A DNA stretch of 58,674 nucleotides from an uncultured Pelagibacteraceae bacterium (GCA_902558205.1 CACECY010000001.1:1-58674), one strand, 5' to 3'; shown: positions 44,564-54,928, counted from the stretch's first letter. Notes: a model not told the origin generated them from the sequence alone. Numbers and translations: made by a program.

Positions 44564-46516
44564 TTGAATAAACAACATAATAACTTAGCAAATTGTATTA
44601 GATTTTTATCCATAGATGCGGTTCAAAAAGCTAATTCTGGACATCCAGGTATGCCGATGGGTATGGCAGATGTTGTAACTGTATTGTTCAAAAATTTTTT
44701 TAAATTTAATCCAAAAAATCCTGACTGGTTAAATCGAGACAGATTTATTTTGTCCGCGGGCCACGGTTCAATGCTTTTATATTCTTTGCTATATCTCACT
44801 GGTTACAAAAGTATTTCTTTACAAAACATAAAAGATTTTAGACAACTTAAATCTATTTGTGCAGGACACCCTGAATTTCATCCTAAAAGTGGAATTGAGA
44901 CAACCACTGGGCCATTAGGTCAAGGTGTTGGCAATGCAGTTGGACTTGCAATTGCTGAGTCAATTCTAGAAAAGAAATTTGGCAGAAAATTATTCAATCA
45001 TAAAACTTATGTCCTAGCTGGAGATGGTTGCTTGATGGAAGGTATAAGTCATGAAGCGATGAGCTTAGCTGGGCACCTAAAGTTAAAAAATTTAATCATG
45101 TTATTTGATAATAATTCAGTTTCAATTGATGGACCTACAAGTTTAGCAGTTTCAGACAATTTTAAAAAAAGATTTGAAAGTTATGGCTGGAATTATTTAG
45201 ATATAGATGGTCATAATCCTGTAGGAATTTTTAAAGCTTTAAAAAAAGTGCAAAATGCTAAAAAGCCTACTGTAATTTCTTGTAAAACAAAAATTGGTTT
45301 TGGATCACCAAATAAATCTGGAAAAGCTTCTTCCCATGGTAGTCCTTTAGGGTTTGAAGAAATTGAACTTGTTAGAAAAAAACTTCAATGGAAACATAAG
45401 CCTTTTATAATACCAAAAAATTTACTTAAAGAGTGGAGAAAAATTGGAGAAAAAGGCTTAATAGTCGAAAAAAAATGGAACAAAACTTATTTAAAAAATA
45501 AAAATAAAATCAATAAGCTATTTAATCAAAATTTTTCAAAAGAATTAAAAGTAGAAAAATTACAATCAATCAAAAATTTAACGCCTCTCGCAACAAGAAA
45601 AGCGTCTGAGAAAACTTTAATTAGATTAACTACGAAAGAAAGTGCATTGATTGGAGGTTCTGCTGATTTGGCTGGTTCGAATAATACTAAAACTAAAACT
45701 CAAACGATATTAGAGCCAGGAAAATTTAAAGGAAATTATATTCATTATGGAGTAAGAGAGCATGCTATGGGTGCAATCATGAATGGACTTAAGCTTCATA
45801 GCAAATTCATACCTTACGGTGGTACTTTTTTAATTTTTTCTGATTATTGTAAACCTGCAATAAGACTGTCTGCCTTAATGGAACAACAAATTATTTATGT
45901 AATGACTCATGACTCAATTGGTTTGGGTGAGGACGGGCCAACTCACCAACCGATAGAACAATTATCAGGTTTAAGAGCCATACCAAATCTAAATGTATTA
46001 AGACCTGCAGATAGAATGGAAACAATTGAATGCTGGGAGATAGCTCTAAAAAGTAAAAAAACTCCAAGTATCTTATCTCTAACTAGACAAAATCTAGAAC
46101 CAATTAGAAAAAAATATTCAAAAATAAATATGTGTTCTTTAGGGGCCTATGAAGTTTTCAGAACAAATAAAAAAATCAATTTGACTATCCTAGCTAGTGG
46201 TTCTGAAGTAAATTTAGCTATTGAGACTAGCCTTAAATTAGCCAAAGATAGAATATATTCTAAAGTTATATCAATGCCATGTTTTAATATTTTTGATAAA
46301 CAATCAAAAACTTATAAGAAACAAATTCTTAGAGAAACTAGAAATATTATCTCAATTGAGGCTGCATCAACAGATAGTTGGAAAAAATATATTGGTACTA
46401 ACGGTTTATCTTTTGGGATTGATACATTTGGAAAAAGTGCGCCTTACAAAGATATTTATAAATATTTTGGATTAACGACCAAAAACATTATAAAAAAATC
46501 TAAAAAATTATTATGA
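44564..46516 (+). CDS. tkt: Transketolase (TTG start)
   Basis: SGHPGMPMG, DRFILSAGH, GDGCLMEG, YGVREHAM and GEDGPTHQP motifs. Confidence 0.97.
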   Translation: MNKQHNNLANCIRFLSIDAVQKANSGHPGMPMGMADVVTVLFKNFFKFNPKNPDWLNRDRFILSAGHGSMLLYSLLYLTGYKSISLQNIKDFRQLKSICAGHPEFHPKSGIETTTGPLGQGVGNAVGLAIAESILEKKFGRKLFNHKTYVLAGDGCLMEGISHEAMSLAGHLKLKNLIMLFDNNSVSIDGPTSLAVSDNFKKRFESYGWNYLDIDGHNPVGIFKALKKVQNAKKPTVISCKTKIGFGSPNKSGKASSHGSPLGFEEIELVRKKLQWKHKPFIIPKNLLKEWRKIGEKGLIVEKKWNKTYLKNKNKINKLFNQNFSKELKVEKLQSIKNLTPLATRKASEKTLIRLTTKESALIGGSADLAGSNNTKTKTQTILEPGKFKGNYIHYGVREHAMGAIMNGLKLHSKFIPYGGTFLIFSDYCKPAIRLSALMEQQIIYVMTHDSIGLGEDGPTHQPIEQLSGLRAIPNLNVLRPADRMETIECWEIALKSKKTPSILSLTRQNLEPIRKKYSKINMCSLGAYEVFRTNKKINLTILASGSEVNLAIETSLKLAKDRIYSKVISMPCFNIFDKQSKTYKKQILRETRNIISIEAASTDSWKKYIGTNGLSFGIDTFGKSAPYKDIYKYFGLTTKNIIKKSKKLL

Positions 46517-47520
46517 CAATAAAAATTGGAATAAATGGAATGGGACGGATAGGTAGAATGGTTTTACGTTCTATAATTGAAAAAGATAATAAAAAATTTG
46601 AAATTAAACATATTAATAATCGAACAGGACCAGAGGCTTGTTCAGCTTTAATAAAATATGATTCTATTCATGGTAGATTAAATGCTGAAATAAAATTCGA
46701 TGATAATCATATAGTTATTAATGATAAGAAAATTTCATTCAGCCAAGAAACAAAACTGGAGAAAATAAATTGGAAAAATTTTGATGTTGATTATGTATTT
46801 GAATGTACTGGAAAATTTAATTCAAAAGAAGCTCTTCTTGCCCACATAAATAATGGTGCAAAAAAAGTGATTGTTTCGGCTCCATGTAAAAATGCAGATA
46901 AAACTATAGTATTCGGTGTTAATGAAAGTGAGATTCAAAAAAAAGATAAAATAATTTCTGCAGCATCGTGTACTACGAACTGTTTAGCACCAGTAGCCTA
47001 TGTTTTAGATAATAAATTTAAAATTGAAAAAGGATTTATGACAACCATACATGCTTTTACCAGTGATCAAAGAATATTAGATAATTCACATAAAGACCCA
47101 AGAAGAGCAAGATCTGCAAATCAATCAATAGTTCCGACATCCACTGGAGCTTCAAAAGCCATTGGAGAAATCATACCCTCTTTAAAAGGAAAACTCGAGG
47201 GTGTTGCTATGAGGGTACCAACGCCAAATGTTTCTTTAGTAGAATTAGTATTTTGTACAAAAGAAAATATAACTAAGGACGCGATAAATAATGCATTTAA
47301 AGAGTATATAAAAATACAAAAAAATTATGTTTTAGATATTACACATGAAAAATTAGTTTCAATTGATTTTAATCATAATCCAGCCTCATCAATAATTGAT
47401 GCATCTCTTACTAATGTGGTAGGTAGCAATATGGGAAAAATTTCAGCCTGGTATGATAATGAATGGGGTTTTTCTAATAGAATGTGTGATATCACAGAAT
47501 TTATTCATAATAATTCTTAA
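46513..47520 (+). CDS. gap: Type I glyceraldehyde-3-phosphate dehydrogenase
   Basis: GINGMGRIGR, ASCTTNCLAP and WYDNEWG motifs. Confidence 0.96.
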   Translation: MTIKIGINGMGRIGRMVLRSIIEKDNKKFEIKHINNRTGPEACSALIKYDSIHGRLNAEIKFDDNHIVINDKKISFSQETKLEKINWKNFDVDYVFECTGKFNSKEALLAHINNGAKKVIVSAPCKNADKTIVFGVNESEIQKKDKIISAASCTTNCLAPVAYVLDNKFKIEKGFMTTIHAFTSDQRILDNSHKDPRRARSANQSIVPTSTGASKAIGEIIPSLKGKLEGVAMRVPTPNVSLVELVFCTKENITKDAINNAFKEYIKIQKNYVLDITHEKLVSIDFNHNPASSIIDASLTNVVGSNMGKISAWYDNEWGFSNRMCDITEFIHNNS

Positions 47521-48697
47521 TGAATAGTATTCAAGATCAGCAAAACCTGAATGGTAAAAAAGTTTTGTTACGGTTAGATTTAAATGTTCCTTTAAAAGAG
47601 GGAATAATAAAAGATGAAACAAGAATAAATAAGATCATTCCAATCCTAAATTTTTTATTACAAAAAAAAGCAAAAATTATAATCCTATCCCATGTTGGGA
47701 GGCCAAAAGGTAAAGTAAATCCAGAATTAACTATGAGGCCAATTTGTGAAAATTTAAAGAAAAAATTAATGGAAAAATTAATTTAATAACTGAAGATATA
47801 AGAAAAATTAAAGATAAAAATTTATTTAAAAATTTAGATGAAAACGTTTTAATTTTGGAAAATATTAGATTCTATTCAGAAGAGGAAAATAATGATTTAA
47901 ATTTTGCTAAACATTTGGCAAGTTTTGGTGATATTTATGTAAATGATGCTTTTTCTTGTTCTCACAGATCTCATGCATCAGTCACAAATATTACAAAATT
48001 CTTACCCTCCTACGCTGGTCTTCAACTCGAGTCTGAAGTGAATGCTCTTCAAAAAGTTACTACGAATATCAAAAAACCCATCACTTGTATTATTGGAGGA
48101 TCTAAAATTTCTACAAAAATTGGCATAATTGAAAATTTAATTCCAAAATTTGATAATATTATTTTTGTTGGTGGAATGGCTAATAATATTTTAAAATTTA
48201 AAAAACTTGCAATCGGTAAATCAATTTATGAAAAAAACTGTGATGAAATTATTAGAAAGATTTTTGATACTTCTAAAAAATATTCCTGCTCTATTACATA
48301 TCCTGAAGATGTAATTATTGGAAAAGAAGTTGAAGCTAAGCCAATTGTAAAAGATTTAGCTCAAGTTAATGATGATGATATAATTTTAGATATAGGTCCA
48401 AAAACTATAAGAAATATAGATAGTTTAATAAGTACAAGTAAAACTATTTTATGGAATGGTCCGGCTGGATATTTTGAAAATCCTGATTTTGCCAATGGCA
48501 GTTATGAAATAGCTAAATCTATTGTTAAAAATTTCAAATCAAATTCAATTTATTCAGTTGCAGGGGGTGGAGATACTATTGCGGTGATTAATAAAATTAA
48601 TGCAATTAATGATTTCAATTTTGTTTCAACTGCAGGGGGAGCTTTTTTAGAATATCTTGAAGGAAAAATACTTCCTGGTATAAGCGCACTTAATTAA
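47520..48697 (+). CDS. pgk: Phosphoglycerate kinase, frameshifted at the A6 run 47760-47765
   Basis: RLDLNVP and SHVGRP in the first frame; -1 frame from 47765 reads INGKINLI...LENIRF...NDAFS.SHR...GGGDT...STAGGAFLE. Confidence 0.93.
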
Positions 48698-48699
48698 AT

Positions 48700-49707
48700 A
48701 TGTCTGAACTAAATTCAATAGTGTTAAAAATTTTGTCTAATGGAAAAGGAATTCTTGCAGCTGATGAGAGTACAGCTACCATGACTAAAAGACTAGACTC
48801 GGTAAATGTTCAATCAACACCTGAAAATAGATTGTCCTTTCGACAGACTCTTTTTAGCTCAAGTAGCATGTCTAGCTGTATTGGAGGTGTCATACTTTAT
48901 GATGAAACCATAAAACAAAAAATACCAGACGGCAAAAATATCCCAGAATTAATTCAATCAGCAAATTCTATTCCTGGAATAAAAGTAGACACAGGAGCAA
49001 AAATTTTGGCAAATTCCCCAAATGAAAAAATTACAGAGGGTCTGGATGGTCTTAGAGATAGATTAAAAGAATATTATAAACTTGGTGCAAGATTTACTAA
49101 ATGGAGAGGTGTTTACAACATAACGAAGGATTATCCTAGCAAACTTTCAATTCATTCAAATGCTCATGCACTAGCAAGATACTCAGCATTAGTCCAAGAA
49201 TGTAATATGGTTCCAATCGTTGAGCCGGAAGTTTTAATGGATGGAAATCATTCGGCTCAAGATTGCTTAACAAAAACATCTGAAGTAATTAAAAAATGTT
49301 TTGAAGAATTGATTTTACATAAAGTAGACTTAACTGGTGTAATTTTAAAACCTAACATGATTTTGGCAGGAGCTGAATCAAGCAATAAAATAAGTGGAAG
49401 TGAAGTTGCAAAAATGACCATTGAGTGTCTTAAAAGTTCTGTACCAACTGAAGTTCCTGGAATAGCATTTCTTTCAGGAGGTCAAACAGAAATTGAAGCC
49501 ACAGAGAATTTGAATCTAATAAATATAGAAAATAAAACTGAGTTTATAATGTCGTATTCTTATGGCAGAGCTTTGCAACAAAGTGCACTTAAATATTGGT
49601 CAAAAGACATTAAAGATATTGAGGGTACTCAAAAAGTATTTAATCATAGGGCAAAGATGAATTCTTTAGCTGCTCAAGGCAAATGGTCTAAAGATCTTGA
49701 AGATTAG
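48700..49707 (+). CDS. Class I fructose-bisphosphate aldolase
   Basis: GKGILAADES, GIKVD, KWR, PIVEPEV, LKPNM and FLSGGQ motifs. Confidence 0.95.
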   Translation: MSELNSIVLKILSNGKGILAADESTATMTKRLDSVNVQSTPENRLSFRQTLFSSSSMSSCIGGVILYDETIKQKIPDGKNIPELIQSANSIPGIKVDTGAKILANSPNEKITEGLDGLRDRLKEYYKLGARFTKWRGVYNITKDYPSKLSIHSNAHALARYSALVQECNMVPIVEPEVLMDGNHSAQDCLTKTSEVIKKCFEELILHKVDLTGVILKPNMILAGAESSNKISGSEVAKMTIECLKSSVPTEVPGIAFLSGGQTEIEATENLNLINIENKTEFIMSYSYGRALQQSALKYWSKDIKDIEGTQKVFNHRAKMNSLAAQGKWSKDLED

Positions 49708-50311
49708 TAAAAAGAAGTTTCTTTATCTAATTTCTCCAAATAAAATTTCAGAACAGTTTTATAAAAATCTCATTGATGTTCTTAAATCTAATAAAATAAG
49801 TTTTTTTCAGTTAAGATTAAAAAAAGACAGTTATAAAAAAAAACTCAAAATTGCAAAAAAAATTAAAAAAATTTGTAAAAAATTTAAAGTAAAATTTTTG
49901 ATTAATGATGATCCAAAATTAACAAAACTAGTTAATGCAGATGGTTGTCATTTGGGACAAAAAGACATGAGCATTGTAAATGCAAAAAAATTGTTAAAAA
50001 AAAAAATAATTGGTATTACCTGTCATAACTCCATTAAGCTTGCAAAAATAGCTCATAAAAATAATGCAAATTATATAGCTTTTGGTGCTTTTAATTCTAC
50101 TAAGACAAAAAAAGTTAGATATAAAGCTAATATAGGAACTATAAAAAAATTTAAAAAAATATCAAAAATTCCCGTAGTAGCCATAGGGGGTATTAATAAT
50201 TTAAATTACAAAAAACTTTTGTTGAACAAGGCAGATTTTTTAGCTATCTCAGGCTACGTTTGGAATAATAAAAAATTAAAACCTATAGAGGCAATTAAAT
50301 TATTAAAATGA
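49697..50311 (+). CDS. thiE: Thiamine-phosphate synthase (TTG start)
   Basis: QLRLK, INDD, DGCHLGQKD, GITCH and VAIGGI motifs. Confidence 0.92.
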   Translation: MKISKKKFLYLISPNKISEQFYKNLIDVLKSNKISFFQLRLKKDSYKKKLKIAKKIKKICKKFKVKFLINDDPKLTKLVNADGCHLGQKDMSIVNAKKLLKKKIIGITCHNSIKLAKIAHKNNANYIAFGAFNSTKTKKVRYKANIGTIKKFKKISKIPVVAIGGINNLNYKKLLLNKADFLAISGYVWNNKKLKPIEAIKLLK

Positions 50312-50868
50312 AGATTAATGCAAATGAAATTAGAGTAGGAATGCTTTTAGAGTATAAAGATGATCTTTGGCAAGTTCTAAAAACCCAACATGTAAAACCT
50401 GGTAAGGGTGGAGCTTTTGCCCAAGTTGAAATGAAAAGCGTTAATAAAAATACAAAATTAAATGAAAGATTCAGATCAAGTGAAACTATTGAGAAAGCAC
50501 TAGTTGAAGAGAATAGTTTCAATTATTTGTATGAAGATGAAGTAAATTATTTTTTTATGGAACCTAAATCATTTGAACAAATAGAAATTAAAAAAGATAT
50601 AATTGGTGATAAAGGTAAATTATTGACAGAAAATTTAGAGGTATCTGTTAGTTTTTACAATGAAAAACCAATTTCTATAGATTTGCCCAATCAAGTGAAT
50701 TGTAAAATTGAATCTACAGATGCTGCTTTAAAGGGGCAAACAGTATCATCTTCTTATAAACCTGCAATATTAGACAATGGATTAAATATTCAAGTACCTC
50801 CATTTATTGAAGCTGGAGATGAAATCGTTGTTGATACTAGAAATCTAGAATACGTCAAAAAAATTTAA
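50308..50868 (+). CDS. efp: Elongation factor P
   Basis: HVKPGKGGAF loop, SSYKPA and VPPFI motifs. Confidence 0.97.
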   Translation: MKINANEIRVGMLLEYKDDLWQVLKTQHVKPGKGGAFAQVEMKSVNKNTKLNERFRSSETIEKALVEENSFNYLYEDEVNYFFMEPKSFEQIEIKKDIIGDKGKLLTENLEVSVSFYNEKPISIDLPNQVNCKIESTDAALKGQTVSSSYKPAILDNGLNIQVPPFIEAGDEIVVDTRNLEYVKKI

Positions 50869-50872
50869 ACTT

Positions 50873-51613
50873 GTGAACTCAATTTCAGCAAATCTCAATA
50901 TAATGATCAAGGCTAGTGAAAAAGCCTCTAAAATTCTTATAAGAGATTTTGGCGAAATTGAAAAATTACAAGTATCTAAAAAAGGACCATCTGATTTTGT
51001 TACTAACTCAGATCTTAGAGTAGAAAAAATCATAATAGAAGAATTAAAAAAGGCTAAACCAAATTATTCTATAATTAGTGAGGAAAATGGAATTGAAAAT
51101 AATAAAGATAAAAATAATACTTGGATAATAGATCCAATTGATGGAACAGTTAATTTTTTACATGGTATACCTCATTTTGCTATCTCAATAGCTTTAAGAT
51201 CTGATAATGAAATTGTTTCTGGATTAATTTTTGACCCTATCAAAAATGAAATGTTTTTTGCAGAGAAAGATAATGGAGCTTTTTTTAACAATCATAGGAT
51301 TAGAGTTTCAAAAAAAAATGAATTAAGTGATTGCTTATTTGCTACTGGAGGAAAAATGAATCAAGAACCAGATTTGTCTTACAGAAAATCAGGGTGTGCC
51401 GCACTTGATATGGCTTATGTGGCATCTGGAAGATATGATGGTTATTTTCAATATAACCTAAATCTCTGGGATATTGCAGCTGGAATAGTTTTAGTAAAAG
51501 AGGCTGGTGGAATGCTCAATCAAATTGATCTTTCCCATAATAAAAATATTAAAATAATAGCCTCTAGTACCGTTATTAACTCAAAATTGCTTGAAAAATT
51601 GTCCAACTTTTAA
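50873..51613 (+). CDS. suhB: Inositol monophosphatase family protein SuhB (GTG start)
   Basis: [12 protein letters not shown] and WDIAAG motifs. Confidence 0.93.
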   Translation: MNSISANLNIMIKASEKASKILIRDFGEIEKLQVSKKGPSDFVTNSDLRVEKIIIEELKKAKPNYSIISEENGIENNKDKNNTWIIDPIDGTVNFLHGIPHFAISIALRSDNEIVSGLIFDPIKNEMFFAEKDNGAFFNNHRIRVSKKNELSDCLFATGGKMNQEPDLSYRKSGCAALDMAYVASGRYDGYFQYNLNLWDIAAGIVLVKEAGGMLNQIDLSHNKNIKIIASSTVINSKLLEKLSNF

Positions 51614-51641
51614 TTGTTTTAGTAAATTCTTTTGTTATAAG
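51614..51641 (+). promoter_or_regulatory. Putative sigma70 promoter for leaderless rpmE
   Basis: TTGTTT-N16-TATAAG (extended -10 TGn) then 7 nt to ATG 51649; no Shine-Dalgarno. Confidence 0.4.
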
Positions 51642-51648
51642 TCTCGTC

Positions 51649-51879
51649 ATGAAAAAAAATATTCATCCAAACTATCACACAATTAAAGTTGAGATGACAG
51701 ATGGTTCTCATTTTGAGACTAAATCTACTTGGGGAAAAGAAGGTGAGTTGCTAAAGCTAGAAATTGACCCAAAATCTCATGCTGCTTGGACAGGTGGAAA
51801 ACAAAAGCTTATGGATAAAGGAAGAATAAGCAAATTTAACAAAAAATTTCAAAATTTCAAAACAGAGAAAAAAAGTTAA
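51649..51879 (+). CDS. rpmE: 50S ribosomal protein L31 (no zinc-ribbon cysteines)
   Basis: [22 protein letters not shown] and [10 protein letters not shown] motifs. Confidence 0.96.
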   Translation: MKKNIHPNYHTIKVEMTDGSHFETKSTWGKEGELLKLEIDPKSHAAWTGGKQKLMDKGRISKFNKKFQNFKTEKKS

Positions 51880-52461
51880 ATGTCAAATGCACCATTAATG
51901 CCGATGGCAACTGCTGTTTGGCTTGTAGAAAACACAACACTAACATTCAAACAAATAGCTGAATTTTGTAAACTTCATGAAGTTGAAATTCAAGGAATTG
52001 CTGATGGGGAAGTAGCAAAGGGAATAAAAGCCTATAATCCCATTATATCTGGACAGCTTACCAAAGAAGAAATTGAACTTTCTTCTAAAGATCAAAGTAG
52101 ACCTTTAGTTATAAAAAGTTCGGACATTGAAATTACAAATTCAGAAAAAAAATTTAAGAAATATATTCCACTTTCAAAAAGACAAGACAAACCGGACTCC
52201 GCGCTATGGTTGATACGTCAACATAACATTTTAAAAGATTCACAAATTGCGAAACTAGTGGGAATTACAAAAAATTCTGTCACTGCCATAAGAAATAAAA
52301 GTTATTGGAACTATAATAATTTAAATCCCAAAGATCCTGTGGCTTTAAATCTTTTTACCCAAAAAGAGTTAGTCGAAGCGATTGAAAAAGCTGAAAGAAG
52401 AGTAAAAAGAGAAAAAAAACAAAAAGAAAAAGCAAAATTAGAACAACAAGCTTCCAACTAA
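51880..52461 (+). CDS. DUF1013 family protein (TrcR-like)
   Basis: PLMPMATAVWLVENT.LTF.QIA.FC.LH, Y.PLSKRQDKP and P.DPVAL motifs. Confidence 0.9.
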   Translation: MSNAPLMPMATAVWLVENTTLTFKQIAEFCKLHEVEIQGIADGEVAKGIKAYNPIISGQLTKEEIELSSKDQSRPLVIKSSDIEITNSEKKFKKYIPLSKRQDKPDSALWLIRQHNILKDSQIAKLVGITKNSVTAIRNKSYWNYNNLNPKDPVALNLFTQKELVEAIEKAERRVKREKKQKEKAKLEQQASN

Positions 52462-52524
52462 TGAATAAAATTTATAGACATGAAATTATAAAAGTGCTAA
52501 CTACTGCCTTTTTTGGAGGTAGTT

Positions 52525-52719
52525 ATTAAAATAGAAGTTAAAGATAATAATGTTGAACAAGCTCTTAGGGTTTTAAAAAGAAAACTACAAAGAGATGGCT
52601 TTTTTAAAGTTATAAAGTTAAAAAACACTTACGAAAAGCCCTCCGAGAAAAAAAAGAGAATTCTTCAAGAAAACATAAAAAGAGTTAAGAAACTAAATAA
52701 GTTTAAAAACAGAATTTAA
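52525..52719 (+). CDS. rpsU: 30S ribosomal protein S21 (start ATT 52525 or TTG 52513)
   Basis: V.DNNVEQALRVLKRKLQRDG and YEKPSEK; GGAGGT at 52515-52520. Confidence 0.93.
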   Translation: MKIEVKDNNVEQALRVLKRKLQRDGFFKVIKLKNTYEKPSEKKKRILQENIKRVKKLNKFKNRI

Positions 52720-52725
52720 GAATAC

Positions 52726-52802
<77 letters not shown>

Positions 52803-52808
52803 ATTGCT

Positions 52809-53504
52809 CTAAATTTTAAAACGAGATTTCTTACTATCAATCAAAAAAGCTTTTACAGTTTCTTTTGTTAATTGATCAAAAGTTTTTCCAAATTTTTCAA
52901 TTTTTGTAATAATTGACGGTGGAATTGTTATTATATGACAGCCTAATTGTTTTGCTTGTAAATAATTATATGGTTCTCTTACACTTGCCCATAAAATCTC
53001 AACATTTTTAAATTTCTTTGCTAACTTAATGCTGTTTATAAATTCAGGGACTGGATCTTTACCTGCATCACCTGCTCTTCCTGCAAAAATTGAAATAATT
53101 ACTTTTATTTTTTTATTTACAACTTTTAAAATTTTTTCAGTTTGTTTGGCAGTATAAACGCCTGTTATATTAAGTTTAATATTATGATTATTTAATTCTT
53201 TAATAACATTGCCCATAAATTTATTTTTTGAATTTACAACTGGAACTTTTACAAATACATTTTTACCCCAGGTATTAATTTTTTTTCCTTGATCAATCAT
53301 GGATTTTTGATCATCGGCAAAAACTTCAAATGAAATCGGCTTTTGTATACATATCTTTAAAATTTGCTTAGAGTAAGACTCATAATTTTTTGCTCCTGCT
53401 TTTCTCATTAAGCTAGGATTAGTTGTAAATCCTTTGACAATTTTTTTTTTATAAAATTTTCTTATTAAAGATAAATCTGCAATATCACAAAAAATTTTAG
53501 TCAT
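52809..53504 (-). CDS. tal: Transaldolase (short TalC/FSA-size family)
   Basis: FCD, FTTNPSL, SFEV (Glu), Schiff-base VKVP, IFAGR (Phe) and WASVRE. The Glu/Phe pair is the transaldolase rather than FSA signature. Confidence 0.88.
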   Translation of the reverse strand: MTKIFCDIADLSLIRKFYKKKIVKGFTTNPSLMRKAGAKNYESYSKQILKICIQKPISFEVFADDQKSMIDQGKKINTWGKNVFVKVPVVNSKNKFMGNVIKELNNHNIKLNITGVYTAKQTEKILKVVNKKIKVIISIFAGRAGDAGKDPVPEFINSIKLAKKFKNVEILWASVREPYNYLQAKQLGCHIITIPPSIITKIEKFGKTFDQLTKETVKAFLIDSKKSRFKI

Positions 53505-53514
53505 AACTACTTAA

Positions 53515-54243
53515 TCAAAGTTTTTTTAATAATTTAAATTTAATTACCTTTATGAGGTATCTCAAGGCATAAATAAAATGAATAGAAGATCTTTCAGAGC
53601 CATATTTAGTTTTAATCATAATTTCATCTATTTTGAGTTTACTATTTACCATTAATAATCTTAGATCTATATCAAAACAAAACTCATTATCTGCTCTATC
53701 AAAAAATTCTTTATCAATTTTTTTTAAGTCATAAGCCCAATAACCAGTATGACAATCTGAAAAATTAGTACCATAAAAAAAATTAAACAATTTTGTCAAA
53801 AAAATATTTCCTAAGAATTTATAAATTGGCATATTTCCCTTTATAGCTTCTAATTTATTTTTCATCCTGCTCCCTGAAACAGCTGCGATATCTTTATTCA
53901 ATTTAAAAGACTCAATCATATCTTTTATATATTTTGCGTTGTATTGGTCATCACCGTGTAACATAATTGCATAATCAAATTTATTATCAAATGCGTATCT
54001 TAAACATCTTTTAATATTTCCTCCATATCCAATATTTTTTTGATTAAATTTAAAAACTATTTCAGGATACTTTTTTTTTATATTTTCTATATAAGTTAAT
54101 GTGTCATCATTTGAATTATCATCACTAATATAAACTTCATAATTAAGTTTTTTTATATAGCCAAACGGAATTTTTTCTATTACATCAATTACCCTATAAG
54201 ATGCTTTATAAGTTATAATGAAAATTAATATTTTTTGATTCAT
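53515..54243 (-). CDS. GT2 glycosyltransferase, polyprenol-phosphate glycosyltransferase (DPM1-like)
   Basis: DDNSNDDT, NIGYGG, HGDDQY, V.GSR and SDCHTGYWAY motifs. Confidence 0.88.
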   Translation of the reverse strand: MNQKILIFIITYKASYRVIDVIEKIPFGYIKKLNYEVYISDDNSNDDTLTYIENIKKKYPEIVFKFNQKNIGYGGNIKRCLRYAFDNKFDYAIMLHGDDQYNAKYIKDMIESFKLNKDIAAVSGSRMKNKLEAIKGNMPIYKFLGNIFLTKLFNFFYGTNFSDCHTGYWAYDLKKIDKEFFDRADNEFCFDIDLRLLMVNSKLKIDEIMIKTKYGSERSSIHFIYALRYLIKVIKFKLLKKL

Positions 54244-54250
54244 AGAAATT

Positions 54251-54928
54251 ATGATTAGATTTAATAATCAAAACCACACAATTTTCAACAAATCGTTAAT
54301 TTTTTTTTCAAATTTAGTAAGAAAAATTTTCAAAGGAGACAGATTAAGAAGAATATCAAAAAAACTTCAACAAATATCCAAAGAACATTCGCTTAAAAAA
54401 AAAAGTAAAAAAATTGTAATTTTAGATTACGGATGTGGGTCAATGGAGATATCAAAGAGATTACAGAAAAGTAAACATATAAAAAAGATTATTGGAACAG
54501 ATATATTTAATTTTTCTTATAAAAAACAAAAATTATCATATCTTCCCTATAAAAAATTTTCTAAAAAAAGAATTAAGGTAGACTTAATAATCATAATAGA
54601 CGTATTGCACCATATTGGAGTGGATAGATCTTATAAAATTTTAAATGATTTATCAAAAGTTTCAAAAAAAATTATTGTTAAAGATCACTTTGAACATGGA
54701 TATTTTTCAAGACAACTTTTAAGATTTGTTGATTTTTATGCCAATTATGCCTACGGAGTAAAAATACCAAAAAAATATTTTGATAAGGAATCTTGGCAAA
54801 ATCAAATAAAAAAAACAAACTTTAAAGAAAAAAAACTTATCAAAAATTTTCAACAACATGATGGAGTTTTTAATTTAATACTAAATAAAAGACATCATTT
54901 TATATCAGTTTTAGAACATGAAAATTAA
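54251..54928 (+). CDS. Class I SAM-dependent methyltransferase
   Basis: ILDYGCGS motif I, IIDVLHH and IVKDH. Confidence 0.82.
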   Translation: MIRFNNQNHTIFNKSLIFFSNLVRKIFKGDRLRRISKKLQQISKEHSLKKKSKKIVILDYGCGSMEISKRLQKSKHIKKIIGTDIFNFSYKKQKLSYLPYKKFSKKRIKVDLIIIIDVLHHIGVDRSYKILNDLSKVSKKIIVKDHFEHGYFSRQLLRFVDFYANYAYGVKIPKKYFDKESWQNQIKKTNFKEKKLIKNFQQHDGVFNLILNKRHHFISVLEHEN

